Source: an uncultured Chloroflexia bacterium
Lineage (GTDB): Bacteria > Chloroflexota > Limnocylindria > Limnocylindrales > CSP1-4
NCBI GenBank assembly: GCA_963746855.1
Contig: CAVVDC010000002.1
Coordinates: 7,588-71,587, forward strand
DNA length: 64,000 nt
Direction: 5' to 3'
This document shows positions 23,214-32,246 of the stretch, piece after piece (the stretch's first letter is position 1; each line of letters begins with the position of its first letter). The position numbers and the translations under genes are program-made. Under the pieces are notes generated by a model. That model was not told where the DNA came from and did not search any database. It was given only the letters and a program-made list of their open reading frames with translations.

Positions 23214-23805
23214 GGACCACGACATGCTGACCGCGCTCCGGGCCCTCGCCGATCCGACTCGGCTGCGCCTGGCCGGTCGCCTGGCCGGTGAGCCGGCGAC
23301 CGAGTCGGACCTGGCCGCCGACCTGGGGCTGCCCGGCGCGACGGTCCGACGCCAGCTGGCCAAGCTCGTGGACGCCGGCCTGGTGGCGACGACCGACGAC
23401 GGTCACGGCGTCAGGCACGCCCTCCGACCCGAGGCGATCGGGGCGCTCGGCCGCCGGCTGGCCGCCCTCGAACCCGATGCCCGATCGGATGCCGGACCTG
23501 GCGTCGGGCCGGCCGGCGAACCGCTGCCCGCCGACGTGGCGCTAGTCCTGCGTGGGTACTTCGAGGCCGATCGGCTCACGACGATCCCGGCGCCCGAGGC
23601 CAAGCGGCTCGTCGTGCTGCGCTACCTGCGGGACCGCTGCTTCACCGAGGATCGCCCCTACCCGGAGAAGGAGGTCAACCAGCGTCTGGCGATCTTCCAC
23701 CCGGACGTCGCCTCGCTCCGTCGATACATGGTCGACGCCGGGCTGCTGACGCGGGCGGCCGGCGAGTATCGCGTTCCGGAGGGGACGACCGGCCCTCGTC
23801 AATGA
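23212..23805 (+). CDS. ArsR-family HTH regulator fused to a DUF2087-like C-terminal domain
   Basis: N-terminus is LRALADPTRLRLAGRLA...SDLAADLGLPGATVRRQLAKLVDAGLV. C-terminus is RLVVLRYLRDRCF...YPEKEVNQRLAIFHPDVASLRRYMVD. It lies in the 3' part of ORF 22396..23805. Confidence 0.75.
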   Translation: MDHDMLTALRALADPTRLRLAGRLAGEPATESDLAADLGLPGATVRRQLAKLVDAGLVATTDDGHGVRHALRPEAIGALGRRLAALEPDARSDAGPGVGPAGEPLPADVALVLRGYFEADRLTTIPAPEAKRLVVLRYLRDRCFTEDRPYPEKEVNQRLAIFHPDVASLRRYMVDAGLLTRAAGEYRVPEGTTGPRQ

Positions 23806-24392
23806 CGGCCGTTGGCTCGACCCTGGCCGCCGGTGTAATCGCCGCCGACGATGGGCTCGATCAGGCCGTAGCCGCCGTCGTCCCGGGCGTAGAGGATGGC
23901 GATCCGCTCGTTCTCCGCGTTCACGAAGACGAAGAAGCGATGGCCGAGCTCCTCCATCGCGTGGATGGCGTCCTCCTCGAACATCGGCTCGATGGCGAAG
24001 CGCTTGCTCTTGACGACACGCGACACGGGCGTCGCCTCGACGGTACCGTCCGCGACCCGGCGCAGGATGGCCTTCTCCTGGGTCGGGCGAGCGCGCACGC
24101 GGGGCCGTTCCTTGTGCGAGACGGCCTGGCGCTCGACCTTGTCGACGACGGTGTCGAGGGCGGCCTGGTAGCTCGAGCCCGTCGCCCGGCTGTGCATCGT
24201 CTGCCCGTTCACGACCAGGGCCACCTCGACGATGTGGGCATCGGCGGCACTGCGATGGTGCTCGTTGGAGAGCTCGACGAGGGCGTCCGTCCGATCGTCG
24301 ACGATCCGCGCGATGTGCCCGAGCTTGCGCTCGGCGTACGCGCGGACGCGCTCGGGGACCTCGACGTTCTTGCCCTTGACGATGGTTCGCAT
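23799..24392 (-). CDS. hpf: ribosome hibernation promoting factor, long form
   Basis: 197 aa. The N-terminal S30AE domain reads MRTIVKGKNVEVPERVRAYAERKL. The C-terminal dimerisation domain reads VVKSKRFAIEPMFEEDAIHAMEELGHRFFVFVN. Confidence 0.92.
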   Translation of the reverse strand: MRTIVKGKNVEVPERVRAYAERKLGHIARIVDDRTDALVELSNEHHRSAADAHIVEVALVVNGQTMHSRATGSSYQAALDTVVDKVERQAVSHKERPRVRARPTQEKAILRRVADGTVEATPVSRVVKSKRFAIEPMFEEDAIHAMEELGHRFFVFVNAENERIAILYARDDGGYGLIEPIVGGDYTGGQGRANGRH

Positions 24393-24474
24393 TCGTCACC
24401 TCCCGAGGGCCGAGTGCCAGAGCCTGAGTATAGTCCGCCCGGTTCCGCCGCCCCGGCCGCGGGCACACCGACCC

Positions 24475-25140
24475 TCAGCGCTCGCGTGCGACCGTGACCG
24501 CCGAGACCGCCTGGGCGCCGCTCTCGAGGAGAGCCGCCGCGCAGGCCGAAAGCGTGGCGCCGGTGGTCATGACGTCGTCGACGAGGACGACCCAGCGACC
24601 ACGGATCGCGGCGGGCGCCCGGCCCGAGGACACGTGGAACGCGCCGGCGACGTTGGCTGCGCGGGCCCGCCGATCGAGCTGGAACTGGGCGGTCGTTGCT
24701 GTCCGGCGCTCGAGCGCCTCGACGACCGGCATCCCGAGCGATCGGCCGGCCGCCCGGGCCAGCAGGACCGCCTGGTCATAGCCGCGCTGCGCGGCCCGGT
24801 CGCGATGGACCGGCACCGGAACGAGGAGGTCACCCACGGCGCCGGCCCTCGCCCAGCGTCGGGCGAGCGCCTGCCCGAGCGGGACGGCGAGGCGGCGTTC
24901 GCCGCCGTACTTGAGCTGATGGAGCGCGTCGCGGACGGTGCCGCTGAACGGCGCGCACCACTCGACCTGGAGGAGCCCGTCCGGCATGTCGGCCGGTAAG
25001 CCGATCGGCACGCCGGCCGCCAGGTCCAGGCGGACGTCGAGTTCGGGGGTACACGCGGCGCAGATCGGCTCGCCCTCGCGGCCGCAACCCACGCAGACCG
25101 CCGGGAATGCGAGATCGAGGGCGCGCGCGAGGACCGACAT
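24475..25140 (-). CDS. comF: ComF-family protein (ComFC-like phosphoribosyltransferase-fold competence protein)
   Basis: N-terminal Cys cluster (CVGCGREGEPICAAC) and a C-terminal PRTase motif (VVLVDDVMTTGATL). The start is set at ATG 25140 (MSVLARALDL). Confidence 0.85.
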   Translation of the reverse strand: MSVLARALDLAFPAVCVGCGREGEPICAACTPELDVRLDLAAGVPIGLPADMPDGLLQVEWCAPFSGTVRDALHQLKYGGERRLAVPLGQALARRWARAGAVGDLLVPVPVHRDRAAQRGYDQAVLLARAAGRSLGMPVVEALERRTATTAQFQLDRRARAANVAGAFHVSSGRAPAAIRGRWVVLVDDVMTTGATLSACAAALLESGAQAVSAVTVARER

Positions 25141-25208
25141 CGGTCGATCATCGACCGCGAGGCTGCACTCGCGCTTATGCGCGCCGAGCGTCACCGACAC
25201 GCGTGCGC

Positions 25209-25559
25209 TCAGTCGGGCGCCGGGTTCTCCAAGGCGACCACGTCCCCGACGAGCGTTCCGGTGCGTTCGATCGCACCGACCGGGAGCTCGAGGACGCCGT
25301 GGGCGCCACGGACTAGTGGCACCATCCCGGTCCACGTCCGCAGCGACCGATGGACGGAGACCACGCGGCGGCCCGCGCCGTCGGCGGGGTCAGGTCGATC
25401 GAGGAACACCGCGTCGATCGGAAACCGCATGAACATCATGTGGATGCCGTTGCTGTCGGGCAGCCAAAGGCCGGCGTCGGGCGCCAGCGCGGCACGCCCC
25501 ATCAGGCCCATGAACTTGCCCCAGAGACTCGCGGCGACCTCGACCCGCGTGGCGAGCAT
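25209..25559 (-). CDS. DUF192-domain protein
   Basis: 116 aa. The pattern GLMGR...GLWL...IHMMFMRFPIDAVFLD...VLELPVG is typical of DUF192 (COG1430). Confidence 0.75.
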   Translation of the reverse strand: MLATRVEVAASLWGKFMGLMGRAALAPDAGLWLPDSNGIHMMFMRFPIDAVFLDRPDPADGAGRRVVSVHRSLRTWTGMVPLVRGAHGVLELPVGAIERTGTLVGDVVALENPAPD

Positions 25560-25624
25560 GGTCCCGCGCGTAACGTTCCGGGCGACCAGCGCGGTCGCCC
25601 GGGCGTCCGGTGTGGTGTCCGTGG

Positions 25625-26557
25625 TCAGATCGTCAGGTTCTGGATGATGAGGATGATGGCCGGGCCAAGGATGACGATGAACAGCGACGGAAAGATGCAG
25701 CCAACGAGCGGGAACAGCATCTTGATCGGCGCCTTCGCCGCCTGCTCCTCAGCCCGCTGGCGCCGCTCGATACGGAGCTGCTCGGACTGGACCTGGAGCA
25801 CCTTGGAGATCGACACACCCAACTGCTCGGCCTGGATGATCGCGCCGATGAAGTTGGTCAGCGGCTGGACCTCGGTCCGAGGCACGATGTCCCGGAGGGC
25901 TTCGCGCCGCGCCTTGCCGACGCGGACCTCGGCCAGCGCCCGACGGAACTCATCGGACAGCGGGCCCTTGAGCTTCTCGACGACGCGTCCGAGCGCCGCA
26001 TCGAAGCCGAGGCCGGCGCGCACGGAGATCGTCAGGAGGTCGAGCGAGTCCGGGATCATCATCAGGATGGCCTTCTGGCGCTTGCGCACCCGGCCCCCGA
26101 GCCAGAACTCCGGGATCGTGTAGCCGAACGCGACGCCGACGGCCGTCAGGACGAACCCGATGAGCACCGGGAACTTCAGGACGCCGAGCACGACGAACAG
26201 CAGGAAGAACAGGATGCCGCCGACGATGGCGCCGATGGCCTTGATGCCGAGCCAGTCGGCGACGCGGAGGTCGCCGGGGTTGCCGGCCAGGGCCAGGCGC
26301 TTCTCGGTGCGATCCGAGAACGACGTGCTGGTGACCCGCGAGACGCTGTTGGACAGGCGCGACGCCAGCGGGCGGAGGGTCCGCTCGATGAACGGGGCCT
26401 GGAGCTCCAGCTCCTCGAGGTTCTTGGCCTGCATCGACCCGAGCTGGGTCAGGCGGGCCTGGACCGGGTCGACCGGCGAGCTGCCGGCGAGTCCGATGAA
26501 GATGAGCAGGATCGCTCCGGCTGCGACGGCTGCGATGACGATAGGCAGGATGGGCAT
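25625..26557 (-). CDS. tadC: Tad/Flp pilus assembly platform protein (T2SS-F family), TadC-like
   Basis: 310 aa with an N-terminal TM helix, a cytoplasmic T2SSF domain (PDSLDLLTISVRAGLGFDAAL) and C-terminal TM helices. Adjacent to its paralog and to cpaF. Confidence 0.85.
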   Translation of the reverse strand: MPILPIVIAAVAAGAILLIFIGLAGSSPVDPVQARLTQLGSMQAKNLEELELQAPFIERTLRPLASRLSNSVSRVTSTSFSDRTEKRLALAGNPGDLRVADWLGIKAIGAIVGGILFFLLFVVLGVLKFPVLIGFVLTAVGVAFGYTIPEFWLGGRVRKRQKAILMMIPDSLDLLTISVRAGLGFDAALGRVVEKLKGPLSDEFRRALAEVRVGKARREALRDIVPRTEVQPLTNFIGAIIQAEQLGVSISKVLQVQSEQLRIERRQRAEEQAAKAPIKMLFPLVGCIFPSLFIVILGPAIILIIQNLTI

Positions 26558-26561
26558 CGGG

Positions 26562-27569
26562 CTAGACCTCGATGTCGACGATCTTGCGGATGATCATGAA
26601 TCCGATGAACATCATGAAACCGCCAAGAAGCAGGATGATGACGCCGCCCGGAAGCCCGAGGACCTCCGGTGGCTTCGTGAACATGGGTGACATGAAGTCC
26701 GGGGCCGCGATGAACAGGAAGCCCGCCAACCCGATCGGCAGGAAGCCGACGACGTAGCCCGACAGTCGCTGCTGCGCGGTCAGGGTCCGGATCTCGCCCT
26801 TGATGCGGACGCGCTCACGGATCGTGAACGCGATGGAGTCGAGGATCTCGGCGAGGTTGCCGCCGACCTGGTGCTGGATCGAGATGGCGGTCGCCATCAG
26901 TTCGAGGTCGTCGGATCGCACGCGTCGGACCATGTTCTCGAGTGCCTGGTCGAAGGGCAGGCCCAGGTTGACCTCGCGGATGACCCGGCCGAACTCGGTC
27001 GAGATCGGCGGACGGGACTCGCGCACGACCAGCTCGATGGCCTGCAGGAACGACGACCCGGCGCGCAGCGCGTTCGCGATCAGGGTGATCGTGTCCGGGA
27101 GCTGCTTGTTGAAGGCACCGAGACGGCCATTCCGCCGGCGGGCGAGCCAGAAGCGCGGGATGAAGAAGCCGACGAGTCCGCCGATGAGCAGGAAGATCGG
27201 GTTGCCCAGCGTCGGCAGGAAGACCGACAGCAGGAGCATCGCGACCGGCACGCCGACGGTGCAGCCGATCCAGATGAGCAGGTATTCCGATGGCTTGAGC
27301 TTGAGGTCGGCGCGCGCGATCTCGCGCTGAAGATTGGCGCCGAAGTCGCGATTCTCGACGACCTTGTTCAGGCTGGCGAGGGTCGCGCTCTGGGTGATCA
27401 TGTCGGCGATGGCGCCCTGGCCGGTCGGGGCGGGCTTGGCCGGGCGGTTCGACGCGTAACGCTCGAGGCGGTCGGAGATCCCCGACCCACCGGAGGTGGC
27501 GACGCCGATCGCGATGAGCAGGATCGCCAGGGCGGCGACTCCGGCGATCGCGAGCGTCATGGTATCCAC
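26562..27569 (-). CDS. tadB: Tad/Flp pilus assembly platform protein (T2SS-F family), TadB-like
   Basis: 335 aa with a T2SSF domain (LPDTITLIANALRAGSSFLQAIE), immediately downstream of cpaF. Confidence 0.85.
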   Translation of the reverse strand: MDTMTLAIAGVAALAILLIAIGVATSGGSGISDRLERYASNRPAKPAPTGQGAIADMITQSATLASLNKVVENRDFGANLQREIARADLKLKPSEYLLIWIGCTVGVPVAMLLLSVFLPTLGNPIFLLIGGLVGFFIPRFWLARRRNGRLGAFNKQLPDTITLIANALRAGSSFLQAIELVVRESRPPISTEFGRVIREVNLGLPFDQALENMVRRVRSDDLELMATAISIQHQVGGNLAEILDSIAFTIRERVRIKGEIRTLTAQQRLSGYVVGFLPIGLAGFLFIAAPDFMSPMFTKPPEVLGLPGGVIILLLGGFMMFIGFMIIRKIVDIEV

Positions 27570-27590
27570 GGGCGAAGCTCCTTCCGTGGC

Positions 27591-29000
27591 CTAGTAGGTG
27601 AAGCCGAACAGGCCAGGCGGCAGGTTGATGCCCATGACCTCGAACTTCTCGACGAACTTCGGGCGGATCCCGGTCGGCTTGAGCCGGCCCTGGATCTTGC
27701 CCTCGACGACGCCCGTCTGTTCGAAGACGAACACGTCCTGCATGACGATCACATCACCCTCCATGCCCTGGACCTCGGTGATGTTCACGATCTTGCGGGT
27801 GCCGTCCTTGAGACGGCTCTGCTGGACGATGAGGTCGACGGCCGAGGCGACCTGCTCGCGGATGGCCCGCAGGGGCAGATCCACGCCGGCCATCAGGACC
27901 ATCGTCTCGAGGCGCGACAGCATGTCGCGCGGGCTGTTGGCGTGACCGGTCGACATCGAGCCGTCATGGCCGGTGTTCATGGCCTGGAGCATGTCCAGGG
28001 CCTCGCCGGAACGACACTCCCCGACGATGATGCGATCGGGCCGCATGCGCAGTGCGTTGCGGACGAGCTCGCGGATCGGGACGGCGCCCTTGCCTTCGAT
28101 GTTCGGCGGGCGGGACTCGAGCGTCACCACGTGCTCCTGGCGGAGCTGCAGCTCGGCGGCGTCCTCGATGGTGACGATCCGTTCGTCGTTCGGGATGAAC
28201 GACGAGAGGACGTTGAGGGTGGTCGTCTTGCCCGAGCCGGTGCCGCCGGACACGAAGATGTTCAGGCGAGCTTCCACGCAGGCGCGAAGGAAGTCGAACA
28301 TCTCGGCCGTGGCGGTCCCGAACCGGATGAGGTCGTCGACCGTGAACGGCGACGCCGAGAACTTGCGGATGGTGATGACCGGGCCGACCAATGAAAGCGG
28401 CGGGATGATGGCATTGACGCGGGAGCCGTCCGTCAGGCGGGCGTCGACCATCGGGCTCGACTCGTCCACCCGGCGACCGATCGGGGCGATGATGCGGTCG
28501 ATGATGCGCATGACGTGGTCGTCGTTCTGGAAGACGACGTTCGTCAGCTCGAGCTTGCCGGAGCGCTCGATGTAGACCTGGCGCGGGCCGTTGACCATGA
28601 TCTCGGTGATCGACTCGTCCCGCAGGAGCGGCTCGAGCGGCCCGAGGCCGATGATCTCGTCGGTGATCTGCTCCAGCATCCGGACGCGCTCGGCCCGGGT
28701 CAGCGCGAGGCCTTCCTCGTCGATGACCTTGCCGAAGATCTCCTCGATCTGGCGCCGGACCTCGACCTGGTTGGACAGGTCGAGCTTCGGATCCAGGTCC
28801 TGGATGACCCGGTTCTGGATCCGGAACTTCACGTCCCGGAACGACTCGCGGACCGGCGCCTGGCTGGTCAGCCTCGGCGAGGTCGGCGTGGGCGGCGCAC
28901 CGCCCGGTGCGACCGGCAGGTTCGAGCCGGGAGCGCCCGGCGCTGCGTCGGGTCCAGTGGACCCCGGTCGAGCGCTCTCGATCCGCTTCAGGAGGGACAT
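27591..29000 (-). CDS. cpaF: CpaF/TadA-family secretion ATPase
   Basis: 469 aa with a Walker A motif (GGTGSGKTTTLN), plus TIEDAAEL, IIVGECRSGEALDMLQAMNTGHDGSMSTGHANS and ITEVQGMEGD. Confidence 0.95.
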   Translation of the reverse strand: MSLLKRIESARPGSTGPDAAPGAPGSNLPVAPGGAPPTPTSPRLTSQAPVRESFRDVKFRIQNRVIQDLDPKLDLSNQVEVRRQIEEIFGKVIDEEGLALTRAERVRMLEQITDEIIGLGPLEPLLRDESITEIMVNGPRQVYIERSGKLELTNVVFQNDDHVMRIIDRIIAPIGRRVDESSPMVDARLTDGSRVNAIIPPLSLVGPVITIRKFSASPFTVDDLIRFGTATAEMFDFLRACVEARLNIFVSGGTGSGKTTTLNVLSSFIPNDERIVTIEDAAELQLRQEHVVTLESRPPNIEGKGAVPIRELVRNALRMRPDRIIVGECRSGEALDMLQAMNTGHDGSMSTGHANSPRDMLSRLETMVLMAGVDLPLRAIREQVASAVDLIVQQSRLKDGTRKIVNITEVQGMEGDVIVMQDVFVFEQTGVVEGKIQGRLKPTGIRPKFVEKFEVMGINLPPGLFGFTY

Positions 29001-29044
29001 CGCCTACACCCCTTTTCGCCCCGAGGGGCTCACTACGGCCGTGT

Positions 29045-30307
29045 TCATCGCCACGCGAACAGGGACTTCTTCTGGTTGGACTTCCGGCTCTCATCGCCGG
29101 CTGGCACGCTCTGACGTTCACCAGTGACCGCCCGAGCGAGGCGGAGGATGTCCTGGGAGACCTGGGCCTCCTTGTTGGACAGGTAAAACGGTACTCCACG
29201 GTTGAGCGCGTACACGACGCTGCGGCCGTCGCTGACGATCGTCTCGTCGACCTTGCGGCCGATCGATTGCTCGACGTCCACGACGCGGATGCCCAACGCC
29301 GAATCGGCGCGATTGAGGATCAGGCGGACCTTTCCAGTCTCGTATCCGAGCTGCTGGGCGACCTCGAGGAACAAGCGCATGTTCTTGATGCTCGTGATCT
29401 CCAGACTCAGCATCGTCAGGATCACGTCGGCGATGTCAAGGATCGCCAGCGTGGTGTCGTTGAAGAATGCGGTGCAGTCCACCACCACGAGGTCGTGGTT
29501 GCGGCGGAGCGAGTCGATCACCTTGCGGACGGCGGCCGGCGTGATCAGCTCGGCCGTCTCGGGCGTCGGCGGGGCGAGCAGGACGCGCACGCCAGAGCTG
29601 TGGTCGATGACGAACACGTCGATCGCGTCGGCTTCGTTCGCCTCGAGCTGCGGCAGGAGGTCGGCGATCGACTTGCTCTTGGGATTCAGGTTGAGCAGGA
29701 CGCCCACGTCGCCGAACTGGAACGAGGCATCGACCAGCACGACCTTCTTGCCGAGGTCCGTGGCCGCGGCGACCGCCAGGTTGACGGCGACCGTCGTGCG
29801 GCCGACGCCGCCCTTGGGACTGAACACGGCGACGACCCGACCCGGCTCTCCCGCGTATTCATCGGCCGACTCGCCCGAGCCGCCGCCGGTGGCGACCGTC
29901 GGGACGGCCGCCATGCGGCTGGCCTTGTCGCGTTCACGCGAGTGGACTTGTCGGATCGACGCGGTGAGTTCGTCGCTGCTGAACGGCTTGACGAGGAACT
30001 CCCTGGCCCCCGCCAGCATGGACCGTCGAAGGTAGTCCGCCTCGCCCTGGACCGACATCATCACGACGGCCGCCGAGGGGAGGGTCGCGGCCATCTGTTC
30101 CGTCGCCGTGATGCCGTCCATGTCCGGCATGTTGATGTCCATGAGGATGATGTCGGGCTTGAGCTTGCTGGCCACGTCCAGCGCCTCGCGTCCGGACGAG
30201 GCCGAACCGACCACGTCGATATCGCTCTCGAAGCTCAGCAGCTTCGTGAGGTGATCGCGGGTCTCTGGGATGTCGTCGACGACGAGGACTCGGATCTGGT
30301 CGGCCAT
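29045..30307 (-). CDS. response-regulator receiver domain fused to a CpaE/TadZ (ParA/MinD-like) pilus-assembly ATPase
   Basis: The N-terminal REC domain reads RVLVVDDIPETRD...DIILMDINMPDMDG...K. The central deviant Walker A reads VFSPKGGVGRTTVAVNLA. Confidence 0.88.
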   Translation of the reverse strand: MADQIRVLVVDDIPETRDHLTKLLSFESDIDVVGSASSGREALDVASKLKPDIILMDINMPDMDGITATEQMAATLPSAAVVMMSVQGEADYLRRSMLAGAREFLVKPFSSDELTASIRQVHSRERDKASRMAAVPTVATGGGSGESADEYAGEPGRVVAVFSPKGGVGRTTVAVNLAVAAATDLGKKVVLVDASFQFGDVGVLLNLNPKSKSIADLLPQLEANEADAIDVFVIDHSSGVRVLLAPPTPETAELITPAAVRKVIDSLRRNHDLVVVDCTAFFNDTTLAILDIADVILTMLSLEITSIKNMRLFLEVAQQLGYETGKVRLILNRADSALGIRVVDVEQSIGRKVDETIVSDGRSVVYALNRGVPFYLSNKEAQVSQDILRLARAVTGERQSVPAGDESRKSNQKKSLFAWR

Positions 30308-30463
30308 CTCGCTCTGATCTTGCTCTTCGGGTAGGTGATCGGTCCGAGGATCGATCGAAGGCCCTTGACGACGGCGGGCGCGCGACCCCTGGTGGGTCCG
30401 CCGCGCCCGCCGCGTCTGGGCTGTCTCAGCTCGGCCGACGTTCGGCCGTTTCCGGTCTAGGCC

Positions 30464-31405
30464 TTACCGCGGGGTCACGGTCTCGACGACTTCCGGCGGG
30501 ACGACCCCGTAGGTGTCGACGAGGGTCTTGAGGTTGACACCGGTCGTGGTGTTGGGGAGCGGCGCGGTCGGCTCGTGCGTGACCGGATCGAGGAAGTCGT
30601 CCGGCGAACGAAGCACGAGCGTGATGGACGAGTCGAGCTGGGCGAACTTGATGACCTCGGCCTGCTGGGCGTCGACCGCGAGGATCACGATCTGCTGCTG
30701 GCCGTTGAGGGCCGTGCCCGGCTGCGAGGTGTTGCCGTTCTGGTCGGCGTTGTCGCCGCTGTTGTCGTTGGTCGTGGTGGTCTCCGCGGCCGGCGGCAAC
30801 AGGGTGCCGAGGACCTGCATGCCTTGCAGCAGGATCTTGACGCTGGTGCTGTTGAGGCCGCTGACGACGCTGACCGAGTCATCGGCCGGGTTGACCGTGA
30901 TGACCGGGAACTTGTCGCCGGTCACGCCGCCGACGAGGTCGACGTAGTCGCCGGTCTTGATGACCGTACCGACGCCGGTGACCTGGTCGACCTGGACCGC
31001 GATGGCTCGCAGGCCCGGAGGCGTCACGATGTCGAGGATCTCGCCCTGGGCGCCACCGGTGATGGTGTCAGCCGTGATCTGGGCGCCGGTCGCGACCGGC
31101 TGGCGGGCGATCTTCCCGACGACCTGGGAAACGTCCGAGAACGCGCCCGGGTTGATGGAGTCGAGTGGGAGCTCGGTTCGCTTGAGCGCGGACGCCTCGA
31201 TCCGCCCGGACAGGGGGATATCGACGGTCGCGATGAGCACGAATCCCGTGGTCGGTGGCTTGTCCTTGACCTCGCCCGGCTGGCGCACGAGCAGGAGGAT
31301 CCCGACGAAGGCAACGATCGCGAGAAAGACCCCGACGAGCAGGACCAGACGATTAGAGCGCTTCAAGTTGTTACTCCCCGAGAGGCTTGTGACAGGTGGC
31401 ACCAC
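30464..31405 (-). CDS. cpaB: Flp pilus assembly protein CpaB/RcpC-like (SAF-domain protein)
   Basis: N-terminal TM anchor (RLVLLVGVFLAIVAFVGILLL) followed by SAF/RcpC-like beta domains. Positioned between the flp genes and tadZ. The start is uncertain: GTG 31405 or a downstream TTG. Confidence 0.8.
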   Translation of the reverse strand: MVPPVTSLSGSNNLKRSNRLVLLVGVFLAIVAFVGILLLVRQPGEVKDKPPTTGFVLIATVDIPLSGRIEASALKRTELPLDSINPGAFSDVSQVVGKIARQPVATGAQITADTITGGAQGEILDIVTPPGLRAIAVQVDQVTGVGTVIKTGDYVDLVGGVTGDKFPVITVNPADDSVSVVSGLNSTSVKILLQGMQVLGTLLPPAAETTTTNDNSGDNADQNGNTSQPGTALNGQQQIVILAVDAQQAEVIKFAQLDSSITLVLRSPDDFLDPVTHEPTAPLPNTTTGVNLKTLVDTYGVVPPEVVETVTPR

Positions 31406-31571
31406 TGTAGCATCGGCCCCGGGGCCCGCGACTATACGAAAGGCCTAGGACCATTAGGAGGAAACGGCAGGAATCCGTGCGTGACGCAAGGTTTCCTGAA
31501 AGGTCGGGGCGAGACGTGCCCGGCCGTCCGTGACGTGGTGCGCGACCCCTGATGCAGGGGCCGAAAACGTC

Positions 31572-31598
31572 GACAGCCCGCCGGTTCGGCGGGCTGTC
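31572..31598 (-). terminator. intrinsic terminator after flp copy 1
   Basis: Perfect 12-bp stem GACAGCCCGCCG / CGGCGGGCTGTC with a 3-nt loop, followed on the minus strand by GACGTTTTCGG. Confidence 0.65.
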
Positions 31599-31628
31599 AG
31601 CCAAGGAACAAGTAGACGGTCGGGATCC

Positions 31629-31820
31629 CTACGGTTGGACTGATTCCAGCTGACTTCCGATGACGCTGAGCTTGTCGCTGACTTGGCTACCCATGAAGAT
31701 GAGGGCGACGATAGCGACGATTGCGATAAGCGCGAGGATAAGAGCGTATTCAGCCAGGCCCTGGCCATCGACTTGTCGGATCCGGTTGACGATGGCGACC
31801 AGACGCGGGTGCGCGGTCAT
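31629..31820 (-). CDS. flp: Flp-family type IVb pilin (copy 1)
   Basis: 63 aa with the Flp processing motif G/QGLAEY and the hydrophobic core ALILALIAIVAIVALIF. There is a GGAGG RBS upstream. Confidence 0.9.
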   Translation of the reverse strand: MTAHPRLVAIVNRIRQVDGQGLAEYALILALIAIVAIVALIFMGSQVSDKLSVIGSQLESVQP

Positions 31821-31884
31821 CTTGATTCACCTCCTTTCCACGAGGCTCGCTAGCGGGCGCCGACCACCCGTGGCCGGTGATCCC

Positions 31885-31912
31885 ACCATAGGTCGAGGGG
31901 GGTACGTGTCAA
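31885..31912 (-). promoter_or_regulatory. candidate sigma70-type promoter for flp copy 1
   Basis: The minus strand reads TTGACA-16 nt-TATGGT, about 65 nt upstream of the ATG. Confidence 0.4.
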
Positions 31913-31950
31913 TAGCCCGAAGGTTGGCCTGTGGACGCGCGCGCACCAGC

Positions 31951-31991
31951 AACGAGAAAGGCCGCCGTGCCCTGGGGGGCGCCGACGGCCT
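31951..31991 (-). terminator. intrinsic terminator after flp copy 2
   Basis: The minus strand reads AGGCCGTCG...CGGCGGCCT (9-bp stem including one G-U pair), followed by TTCTCGTT. Confidence 0.5.
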
Positions 31992-32017
31992 CGTTGGCCC
32001 TGGGGTTGACTCAGCGA

Positions 32018-32185
32018 CTAGATCGAATCGCCGATCGTGCTCAGGATGGTGCTGACCTGGGTGCCGAGGAAGATGAGTGCCACGATCGCCACGATGGCGA
32101 TGAGGGCGAGGATCAACGCGTATTCCGCGAGACCCTGGCCGTCTTCCCGACGGAAGGACGAGATAAGAGCATGAAGCGGGGACAT
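32018..32185 (-). CDS. flp: Flp-family type IVb pilin (copy 2)
   Basis: 55 aa from ATG 32185 (MSPLHALISSFRREDGQGLAEYALILALIAIVAIVALIFLG...), with GAGGAGG upstream. Confidence 0.9.
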   Translation of the reverse strand: MSPLHALISSFRREDGQGLAEYALILALIAIVAIVALIFLGTQVSTILSTIGDSI

Positions 32186-32246
32186 GTGTCTGGGGGTACC
32201 TCCTCTCCGTGCAGATTCCACGAGCGCGGGGCTCATGGGACGTGTC

